Assembly: GCA_965285935.1 (NCBI GenBank)
Contig: OZ260661.1
Span: forward strand, 71,796,001-71,860,000
Reading direction: 5' to 3'
Length of the DNA stretch: 64,000 bases
Source of the DNA: Ophelia neglecta
Taxonomy: Eukaryota
Shown here: piece after piece, positions 11,669 to 23,600 of the stretch
How the letters are laid out: each line of letters begins with the position of its first letter
Numbering within the stretch: position 1 is the first letter of the stretch
Translations under genes and position numbers: made by a program
The notes under the pieces: generated by a model
What the model was told of the DNA's origin: nothing
Seen by the model: only the letters and a program-made list of their open reading frames with translations
Databases searched by the model: none

Positions 11669-14600
11669 TTAGTCTCGATCAGCCTCGGCCACATTCTCGA
11701 TCTCGTATCCTTCCTCCTCTCCCTTTGTCCCACTTCCGCTAGGTTCTTCATAGTCTTCGTCGTCGCCCACCACGTCTGGGTTTTGAGCCGAGCCTTCCCC
11801 ACCCACCTCTGCGCTGCTCGACTTGTGACTTGTTTTGGCCAACAGAGCGTCTTTAACGCTCAGATTGGGTGACTCGTTATCTGTGGCGATGGCTGATATA
11901 CTATTGCTGAGGTCGTCCCCGAGGTCGACTGCTGGGAGGAGAAGGTCTGTGGATCTGACTGTCGTCGTCTGCTTGTCGTCAACGTCCTCTCTGGTCAAGT
12001 AACCTTTAACAGACAATGGTTAGCGTACGTGAAAAACGGTTTATCTCAACTGGGCGAAATAATTTATGGCCAAAAATACGTATTGAACATATTTATGGCA
12101 GAACATAGTGAAGGCGAATAAAGCAAAACGCTTGTTATAAATTGTAGCTCCAAAGGTATATATATATCATTTTTCAAAACCTCAACAATAGCCGAAACAA
12201 GCGTGCAGTTAGTAACGGTTAAAGCACCCCAAAAAGGTTACAACGGATTTTCTTTCAATGTCATTGACCTCGTACCTGGCGAGGTATCTGACATTCACTC
12301 GGGGAAATACAATCAGTTAATTATGTGTTAGTCGTGCAAAACACTTCCATCGCATAACATATAGCATTTCATATACATGTATTTATATTCAGTGCATGTA
12401 GGGAATAATTTTGTGCAGATACAATGTTAAGAGACAGAAAAGATGTACGATCGACGACTTTGTATTAAAATAAAGAGATAAGAGCGCGCAAGAGTATCAG
12501 AGTTAGACTACTTCCTACCAGATAAGGCTGGAGAATTTCTTTACATGTTAAAAGTGTGTCTTCACGTGCTACCTAGGTACTTGGTAATATGCAAATGTGT
12601 GCAGCGAGAACTAGATTGTAAACAACCATATCTTAACCTACTGTCAGTAATGGTATTTAAGTGACCGATGTCTGACATGCAGAGACGCCCGTCAATATTG
12701 CCAATTTTAGTATGAGCCTACGCTGATGACGTCCATTTGGTTAAAGTAGGTGCCGCCATGCTGTGGCGAGTTGTATAAGGCTGGGTCAATGCCTTACCTG
12801 ACTCCAACTAGTGCTAAGGCAAGGGATTGTCAGCTAATACACTTAAAGGAACTCGGTTTGATAATTGTAAATCAAATGTATCATCTTCTATATCATCCTC
12901 ATAGTCGTCCTCATTGACACTTGAATAGTCGTCGGACTCATCCAGATCGCTCGTATAGTCTTCTGTATATTCGGGTGAATAAAAATCAGTATCTCTAGAA
13001 GGAACCAGGCTTTCAGGAACTAAGAAATGAGAGAGTATCATAACTATCACACTAAAAACAAAAACCCTCCGAAAGCCAAATCAAAAAGAAATAAATATAG
13101 GGCGTGAGTTGGAGGTGGAATAAGGATATGTACTCACAAACCAGGGCAGCGGGAGGGAGGCGGGGGTGGGGGGTGGGGGTGGGGAGGGGGTGTGAATAAC
13201 AAAATGGAATTTTTATATTTACGGGTTGCCAAAGTGCCTTGTGAACTGTGATGTTACTACTGTACGTAGGCTTGTGATGATACTACTGTACGTATGCTTG
13301 TGATGTTACTACTGTACGTGTGCAGTGGTGGGTGTTCTGCAGGGTGATGGCACAAGTAACTGCCTTGAGCAAGCAACCCAATAAAAAGCCTACAGGCTGC
13401 GTTTCCGTGTCCAACTAGACAGAGACTATCCCCATTATGACTATCAATTAACATTTCGCTAAAAACATAACTACACATTGCAGTAAGCGTATCTATCGAG
13501 TAATGTCAGGTTGGAGATTTGACAAAAGCAGTGTGAATAAGCGTCGTTTTGCTGCTACTGTTATAAATTGATGTATTTTTAAAGGTTGGTTCTAGTAGTC
13601 GAGAAATGACTGCGAACGAGACCGCAATGTGTTTCACCAGTTGCGTACCAATGTCTAAGCAGATAATAACGGAATTTAAATGCAAAGAAACTTGAGTAAA
13701 ATTCAAAACAAAAAGTTATGCTAGAATAAAAATAATATATAAAATTACGAAAAAGTGAAACAAAAGTGGATTAAATCATGTAAATAACTCGCCTTCACGC
13801 TGTCGTAGACAGGTTGAAAACAAAACGATGTAAAAGGACAGCTTGCGGAAGTACCTGGCATTCTTCATTTCACTAACCTTGCATGTAAAATGTTTGTTTT
13901 TTCATGCGGAAGACGTTTGAGCCGACACATGTGTAGTTGCCCTGGAATCGAGGCACGAATCTCATGATGACCAGCGTGCTAGAGGTGTAGCTACTCCTCC
14001 ACTCTGGGCGGTCCTCCTGAGATAAATACAGAAGACACGTAGAAGAGACAGACAAAACGAGGGGGGGAGAAGCTTACAAATTAAACATATGCAATGCATA
14101 TCTTTAAGGGACTTGAAAAAATTGTTGTGAGGAATCTAATATAAAAACTAAGTCAAGAGAATGAACGTAATTTCTTACGATGATGTAGAAGTGCTTGTTG
14201 TTTCTCAACTCTCTTCCGTCACGGTACCATCTGATTTTGGGCAGCGGTTTTGGGGAGCCTCTGGTCTCGCACATCAGTAAGTAGGATTTGCCCAGAACCG
14301 GTTTAGGGTCAATGCTACTGTGTTTGTGCCACTCAGAGCTGTCAAATCTCATTTTAAATGCATCGATATTCCAAGGATTGTCTATAAGAACAAAAATATC
14401 AGATATATTTAATGTTTGGTTTGATGCATGCAGCAGTCATTGAGTGTAAGTGGGTTAACTATATAATGTCTCAAAAATGTATCATCGACCTAAACATTTT
14501 ACATGCTATGATAGTAATATATAAACCTTTTTCTTAGCTAACGTAACCGATAAATCATTCAAGCTACAAAACAATTAACCTACTTACCTTCAACCATCAA

Positions 14601-17600
14601 CGTAAATTTGTAGGAAACCACTGGTTGTACAAAGTTGTCCAAGTAGCAGGCGTAGATTCCCGTGTCTCCCTCCGTGGCTTTTTCTACCCTCAGTCCATTA
14701 CCCTAAAATCATATACGCTTCTTGAAAACAAACTATCCCCTGAATCATAAAATGTCACTCAACCAAATTTGAAAAGCAACTATGAGCGAATAATGGCACA
14801 CCAATTATAACTGTCCTAACATCATAATTGTAATTATGATTAAACCTTTTATTTGAAGGTTATTTGTTCCCGATATGTCATTCTTATTAGGCATATAGGT
14901 CAGTTAACATAGCGGGGGTCTATCAATATGGAATTCGCTCCAATGCATTCCCTTAAGGGGCATAAATGGAGTTAAGTAAGCTTACCCCAGAGAAAAAAAT
15001 TCATATAGACAAAAAGAAACAAATATTAAACTGAACTATTACTTTTTTATCCCAATATAAAGTCAATATCATTGAGTCAGATTTCGAAGCCCATATCGAT
15101 ATTTCAAATGATCATATCCGAATTACAAATGATTTGTACCCATTACTTATTATAATATTTTCAAAATACTACTTTTATTCCCTATTCTAAACAAGGGTTC
15201 ATATTATGAGCTGCATACTTTGGGCCATTGTCGTAATCATAAACGGTTTTTCGATTTACCCAGTACTGGTAGCTGCCGTCGGGTAACTTCCGGTTCCTGT
15301 CTTCCCTCGTCCAATAGACGACTGGCGACGGGTATCCGGTTGCGTTGCACCACAACGTCACGTCTTTGCCGATTCTTGCTCGCATCTTCGCCGGGCTAGT
15401 CTTGGCTTCGATTTTGGACTCTAATGGAAGTAAGACAGCAAACATTGAAAATTTATATAATATTTGTGTACAACAATAATGTCAGGTTAATTTTCTTGTT
15501 CCAATAAGGTTACATATTTTGCTATCACATATTCATTCGTCATGTTCGAATTCCTTATTCAAAATTGCCACCAATTGAATGGACAAAGAGTATACATTCA
15601 GATATTGAGCAGCTTTATAAACGATATAGGTGTTACCTGTTACATTGAGTATCATGTATTTGTGTCTGGTACTGGAGCCGGAGAGGTTGCAACGGAAGAT
15701 CCCAGCATCCTTCTTTTTTGCCCGGCGGATGATTAGTACAGAAAGAGCGCTGTTGTGCGGTCTGTAAACCCGATAACGTTTATCGGAGTGCACTACTTTC
15801 TTTCCAGTTGCAATTAGAATAGGCTGCTGCTTCTCTCCATCTTCTCTGTTGGAAAGTTCACGAACCCAGTCGATCTGAAAACAAACGGATGTGTAATTGA
15901 AATAGTAGAAACTAACGTTGCAGATTTCAACCAGTTGAAAGACTTATAACCCGTTATGACCTATATATGAGTATAATTTTTGCTCCCAATAATATATATA
16001 TCCCTCATCACCTTGTTAAATATGTCGTTCATTGTGCTATCTGCCATCAATCCAGCCCAGTTGCCTATTCTAAACTTGGAGACGTCATAGGCGTGTGGAG
16101 AAGTTTGTTTCAGCGATTAATTAAATTTACGATGGCAGTTGAACACTTGTTTGTAAAATCAGCATCATGCCGTGAACCATTACTGCTCTTTCTGGCCCTA
16201 GGCCTACTTGCATAATAGCGGAGTAAATTTCTTTTGACACGAACCTCAAGTCTACTTGCAAATAAGGCAATCATACTTTTATTCTTGGTAAAACGACCTG
16301 CTACAACAGATCTATGCCGTATTTCTATCATTAGACGTAAGAGATTGACTCTAACAGCCGATATAGAATCCCTGAATGTCGTCTGGCAGCTACAAACAGC
16401 TCATAAAATAGTACAGATGTCCACAAAACAGTATACTGGTATGCCAGAGTGACAGAAAACATGACTCTCGTGGTGATGGACTATCATGAAAACTCTTCAC
16501 ATACTCTTTAGCACTCCTTTCCTACGACATTGTTCCGAATGTTGGTTGAAATCCTAACCTATCAAATAACAGTTGTCAAATATGTTCGTAGTGCTGGCTT
16601 TGGGAAAAAATGTAGATCGCATTCTACGCCAAAATTCACTTCCTATAGGTTAGGACGGTCCTCTTTCCTATACAGGAGAGGGCAGGTTAGAGCGGCCCTC
16701 CTCCCAGTTCCTAGCCTGTAAATAGGCACATCCCGAGGACATTTAAATCTGGTTTGATCATATCCTAAGGAAAAAACTAATTCCCGCTAAAACGGATCCC
16801 GCTAATTTAAAATAGTGAATCACAGGTCACAGGTCACTGGTCAGAACATGCAAGACCCTGAATCACAGACTAATAAAAATATCTCGAGTCAGGGGGAAAT
16901 TTAAGTTTAACTACCCGGGTCCCGGTCAATTACATAGGCCAATAGCGAGTGTCGGAAATACTCCTACCCCCACCCCACCCCACCCCCCCCGGAGGTAGTC
17001 TATGACGGTAGGATTGTGTAATACCTTCGTCACAAAATTTCGAAAGATCCGCGCATAGTGATGCCCCCCGCCCCCCAGCCCTTCGCTCCGTTCCCCCATC
17101 AAAACTTTTACCCCAACCCCGCTCCTCCTTAATAATACGCATGGGAGACTACCCTGCTGCCGGTGGCAGTACGCAAAACTTGTTGCGTGTGTGAGTAGGA
17201 TATAGGCCTAGGACCTATAGCCCTACTTGTCGTAAGTTTTCCCCTGTTGGAAGCAAATAGGCTATAAGTCATATGTTTTCCTCAAGCACTCAGACTGGCC
17301 AGTTTGTTAAAAGCTGCTCTTCAGGTGCACAGGAATTGTTCACGTTACCAGGGCTCATTATCTTCATTAAGTGATGTTTCACAGCCGAGTTTGATGTTGC
17401 TTACTTTAGTCTTCGTGTCACACATGGGCTCTATTACAAAGACATATTAATAGGAGTGGAGGCAGGAGAATTAAAATCATATTTCATATCAAATGGAAGA
17501 CCTGGAGCATGGTCGTCCCAAACCAAGCAGTTTTTCAACATGAAACGCTTTGATATTTACCACGATGGTAGTTCTGGAATGTTACTGCCTGTTAATCCTT

Positions 17601-20600
17601 CGACCAGGCAGATGATTACAAGGGAAAATGTCAGCCCTCTAGTGCCTTTTCCATGATTTGGTGCGTGACAATGCAATTTTTAGCGAGATGAATTAGCCTT
17701 GATCAAGCCTCCGGAGTGCAATGGATCGATGGGATCTGTCGAATTTCGTATACTATTAGCCATAAAGCATGGCAATCACCGGCCGACATCCCCGGCTACC
17801 CAACATCACTAACTCAGTATGAAGATCGCTTTGCCTTTCTTAATCCATCTAGCTGGTGCCAGAACTCTCGTGGGCCTTTCTCACGGTGCCTCATTGATCA
17901 TGGTAACGAACCTTACCATGATACAAATGACCGTTTGCATACCCTGCTCGCAATTGACAAAGTTTATAATCAGTATTTTGTGTGATGAACGGGAAATGTC
18001 AAGACTGAAACGCTGGCTAAGAAAAAAAATACACATTTATTTCTATCAAATGTTTCCTAAAGAAGAAAATCGCTCGGATTAAGCTGATTGCTACAACATA
18101 AAAACAGCATGCTACAACATTAGCAATTTCATATAAAATCAATCCCTGCATGATTGATCATATACGGAAACATTTATAGGAACAGATGTAACCTATAAGA
18201 TGTAGGTTCGTTTTGGGTTTTTAGAGTTGTGTTTTACCTGTGAGTAATAGGTATATATTCGAGGAAGGAAGAGCTTACCCACTTAGGTTAGTGATTCAAG
18301 TGGACAATTTAAGGACACAATTATCTTCTTTGGGGTTACAAAACACCCTTAATTAAAAATTGAGTGCTGAGTCGAGAAACATTTGAGAACAATATTGCCC
18401 TTGTACGGTATAACTCGGAAATAAGCCGAGTTGTTGAGTCAAAAGGAAATAAATTATAAGTTTGCTGACAAGGTTGTATCTTCTGGTAAAAGCTTAACAG
18501 CAAACTGAAGTGCAGTCGGTTTGCTAAAAGGATTCAAAGAAAGGAGGCGCTTGTTTATTAGATAGATTGGCTTATACTCCTTAGGCTATGTGTAATAAAT
18601 ACCAGAGACAACGTGGTTCTGTTCTATAGCAGCTAATAATGAGGATGTTTGAAATGTTTATGTTCAGTCCTAAACTATATAGGTAAGCGTTTGTTATTAA
18701 TGTTTCAGGCGATATAGGCGTCTGGCTATTATTTTTTATCGAAGAAATCCTGGAACATGAAAATACACCAGAATAAAGTTTATGGCAGCTTTAATTAAAA
18801 ACAACCATGGCGCCCTTTTTGTATGTAGACGTCTAGGCTATATGATAAATCTATAAATAAACAGGTCGATTTTATGTAGAAACACTTGGGTATCAAGATG
18901 ACTTCTAACATATTAGGCCCAAGGAGCGTCAGTGGCCCGGTAGTGTGCCATTTCGAATATGGTTGAAATGACGACAATTCACAACCTCTGTTTATATCCT
19001 GGCATCGTACGTTTCTGACACCATACAGAGCATCCGCCTGCTCCATTGTCACTGCCAAAACCTGCAGGCCATGCGGGAAGAGACTCCACTGGACCGCATT
19101 GTCTTCTCCGTGTAGCCACCAACTCCAGCCGCTGGCTGTTTGGCAAAGTCTTCCTGCTTTTCTTCTTGAGGCATAGTATTTAATTAGCAACGAGAACTTC
19201 TTCATCGGAATAAACAATGAGGGCCGCAGGCGTGGGTCCGGATACTTTCTAAATGTCCTCCCATGTCTTTCATATGAACACTAATGATGCCTAATGATTC
19301 ACCCTCTTCCTTTGGTCAGAAAGCGTATAGCAAACAGTGATCGCAATCGCTCTGTTTTCGGTGCTTTGTGCATTCCCTGTCTTCATAACATTGGCATTTG
19401 GACGTTGTTCGGGCCTTGACCACGAGCAGAACACAGTCTTTTGGCAAAATTATCACCTTTTATTGTTCATTGCCCATGTTCCGTTGCTACAGTGTGCCAG
19501 AAGGTACTAAGAGTCCCGGTCACTGTGGTTAAAGCACCTGATGATGTGCTGTACCGAGCTTGCCAGACGACATCGATACGTGTCTGTTTATTTATATGAG
19601 CTATCATAGCTAGCAGGAACACTGTCGCTTAACTGTAATCAAAACAGGAGTCAACTCTAAACAGAACAGCAGCTCGCTAATCTATCGTCTTTTAGTCCAA
19701 TCTTTTAAAGTAAATAATGTCATTGACTCATTGAGTTCCCAATTAATGAACGGGCATTTCTTTAAACAGCGAAAATTTGAAATATTCTTTGAGAAATATA
19801 GGTTTAATATTAGACATTTAGGCAGGAATAGGCTTTTGACATTCGCATGGCCCAACAAGTAAATTGATCGGGCAGGACGTAAAACTATCAATTCGACAAA
19901 TGTTTAATGTCTTCAAAAGCTACCTATAAACAATGCATATGGATTAATTTAATAACATTAGTTAACATATTAGAACTCCGACAGACAACACGATGAGAAC
20001 GTGCCAAGGAGTTGTTTAGGTTTAGCGATTACGTAATTTTATTGGTGGCTGTGATGTGACATGTATGCCTATAGGCCTAAAGTTCCAGAAGTCTCAGAAG
20101 TCAACAACAATACTACTTCAAGTCATAGGCCTAATGTAATAACTCATAAAGGCTATGTTTCATAATTAGGTTAGCCCTACAGTAATTCACTACACGATGG
20201 CCCATATATGATTAAAGGCAAAAAAACGCATTAGTGCATAGGATAGGCCTGGGTTACTTACGCAGATAAATCGGATAATCAGATTTGAGAACATCATTTG
20301 ACAAATTCTGAGTTTACAATGATAATATGGAAACAGCTGATAATGAAGTATTTGTTGGTAAATATATAGCGTATATATATAAACATGATGATGTCAAGGC
20401 TCACTACGTCTAAATGTTAAAACTAACAGAAGCGTCACTGTTTGTTAATTAACCACTGACCTTGGCATCGCATAAGATAAGAGGAATAAAACTTACTTTT
20501 ATCTTAACTAAACCGCTTTATCAGACACATATTTCATACGCCTGACTCGTAAAACAGACGCTTTTACTGTGGTCGGGCGTTGAGTGGTCCGGCCATTTAT

Positions 20601-23600
20601 TCAGTCTGAGCCTCGATCTTCTCGCTTTACATGACCTAAGATCGAGGCTCAGACGGAATAATCATATTTACCTCATCATTATACAGGTAAATATCACTTT
20701 TTTCAAACAGACAACAATTCATGAAGCCTAAGTGATTGTTATAATATAGGTATATGAACTTATTGAATATTTAGATTATGTCCGTCGCCTGCACTTAACT
20801 AATATGTTGGTGTTTTCTTAATTCTATGGTGTTGATGGAGTCAAGTATTTAGCTCCTGTTCATTGTGCGAATTCGTCAAATGTAGACACACATTATTGCG
20901 TTCCTCGAGTTTTTTGTTCCCGTATATCAGGATGAATATCGGACCTAGACCCAGGCCAATATTCTTTGTTCGCACACATCTTTGAGATGATTGTATGTGT
21001 TTTGGTTCATTCTTGAATTCCTAGTAAGATTGGTATCTATCAAAGAATCAATTGCCATTCATTACTCTAGGATCGCATACCATTATGAAGTATGTATGAA
21101 TGAGGCGGAGAACACGACACGGACGCGAGGCAGGTGAATGAATCTTGCCGTCCAAATGCCAGGCAGCAGCCTTCATTCTAGTAAGACATTATAATTTTAC
21201 GGACCGACGTTAGAGCGTTATGTATCTGTGATCTACATACAAATAAAAAATATGTTATATTATAATTAATCTGCCTGGCGTGATACTCTGGTATTCGGAA
21301 TAAGGCTGTGGACACGCTATCTTGTCAGCTGTTGGTCAATCTGTTTTTGACAATAATCCTACCGGTATATTAATTTTCATATGTAGGCCAATAACCCTGC
21401 CTATTATTAATTTTGTGCAATAAATCAAACACACTTACGTCAAAAAGTATTAATTGTTTATTTAATCCCCTACTATGGCATAAAGTGTACGCCAGAGAAA
21501 TGCAAAATCCTAACATAACAACACATTCTGTCATGTTCTCACAACCAATGTTATTCAAATATCATAAATTACTATACAAACTCGACACAGCAATTGTCAA
21601 TGTCTTATATGTGTGAGAAATAGATAAACATTTGGTAGGATACGGTGATCAATATATTTCCAATTAATCAGCATTGAGTATCACTGTATGTCTTTGCTTG
21701 TAGCTGTTTGTGATCTTAATAACCCCGGACCATGTGATCTATCAAGTTAGTGGGGATGTCTCGGATGTTGTCACATGATAATGACCCCTCTATTCGCTCT
21801 CAATGCCACCCATTACGCATGTCAAATATTTCCCCCTGCAGCAAAGACGTGATATTCTCTTTGCACCGTGCCAATTTATGTCAGTTTTACCTTAAAGGAG
21901 CTGGCCCCAGGTCAAAGAGGTATCATTGCCTTGACTTATGATCACTTATGACCTGTCTAACCTTTGACCTTCCATTACTAATTGCCCTGTAGAAGCTGAG
22001 TAAAATCCCTCGAGGGCAAGTCATCTTCCAGGACTAGCACTTGGCGTCTGAAGTATTCCTGCTCTATCTTTTGCACCTCCACTCGTAACGGTGAAGAGTC
22101 CGCAGGCTTTTTTCATCCTTCACCATATTGGATGTAACTGACAAGGCCATTTATAATAATTAACTGTCGCCGACGGGTTACATTACCCGTGAGACCCCCT
22201 CCCTCACGTAAACTACGCACTAGCCTGTCCGACCAAATTGTTATATTTGTTTTTTATCCACAATAAGGACGAACTACCTATTAGAAAAACGTGTGAATAG
22301 GGGGGCGAGGGGTGTAATATTTTAGACAGAAAAAAGTTGGGTTTTAAAATTTGGAGAGAAAAAATTGGTCTCTCAGATTCAAGCACCCTCTCCTATGTAT
22401 TTTTGACGCCGAGCGAGCAACCAAAAAAATTGGCCGCCAACATGTTCTCTACCCCCCCCCCCCCTCCAATCCTCCGCTCAATTCCTAATTGTGCGTCCCT
22501 AAATTATGCATGTAAATGATTAGCGATAATGTGTATGTGTACCCTGCTATATAAATATTCCATACATTCCATTTTAGCGGTCAGTTTAGCACGACAGACA
22601 GGTGTCCCCTGCATGAATTAATTATATTTCTTATAATCTCCTTAAAAAACTCGACATTAAAGCTGTCTGATTGAACAGCAAACTGGTTCTTAACAACGGC
22701 TGGTTTACAAGTGAAAGGGGCAAGCAGTTCGTTAAAACAATATTTACTTACAGCTTTTTCTTTTTAATGAGATGAAAATAAACAATTTTATGTATATGCA
22801 GGGAACTCTCATTCATCCCGTAAGTAGGTGAGAACCACAATAAACCATTATTCTGACTTGGCATACTTCAGTGTAGATATAGGCCTCTATATATATATAC
22901 CAGCGATGTTTTCCATTCGGAATTTACAATTCGCCAAGTGTATGCCTACTAGCTAGTCGATGCGCTCTAAGGCCGAGTGGCATGCTGCTTTTGGAGGCGG
23001 TCGGCATTATGACATGATAATTCTGCTCAAGTATATCTGGCTGCCCTTGCGTTTTGGTTTATTGATCATACTTCATAAATTCGTATGGGCCAGCTAGGAT
23101 AGCTCACGCCCAATGTGCCCCTAGCGCCCCCTCCACGCCCGCCGGTGGCCTGGTCAGGGGTCGCGCAGCCGCCCCCTCCACGCCCGCCGGTGGCCGGGTC
23201 AGGGGTCGCGCAGCCGCCCCCTCCACGCCCGCCGGTGGCCGGGTCAGGGGTCGCGCAGCCGCCCCATCCACGCCCGCCGGTGGCCGGGTCAGGGGTCGCG
23301 CAGCCGCCCCATCCACGCCCGCCGGTGGCCTGGTCAGGGGTCGCGCAGCCGCCCCATCCACGCCCGCCGGTGGCCTGGTCAGGGGTCGCGCAGCCCCGCC
23401 AAGTGTGGCGTATGTTACAGTTTAGGGCAAAGTACCCATATTGCACTGTTTATGATATCACACTGGCTTGCCCACGAGGTCAATAAACACACCGACATTT
23501 GTTTAGACTTCGAGATGCGTTCATATCTTACGCCAGCCAATTTTATCGTGAAAACAGTAACAGTAAGAAAGGTTCGACAAGGAATTGTCTTACAAACGAC

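Noticed and set aside
18795-19217. 140-aa ORF and similar intronic ORFs (28286-28627, 42249-42525, 51077-51451, 47808-48248)
   Set aside because: No recognisable domain or coherent splice phases; most use non-ATG starts.
23066-23486. Pro-rich and Gly-rich repetitive ORFs on both strands
   Set aside because: They are translations of the 45-bp minisatellite, with no splice context or domain.
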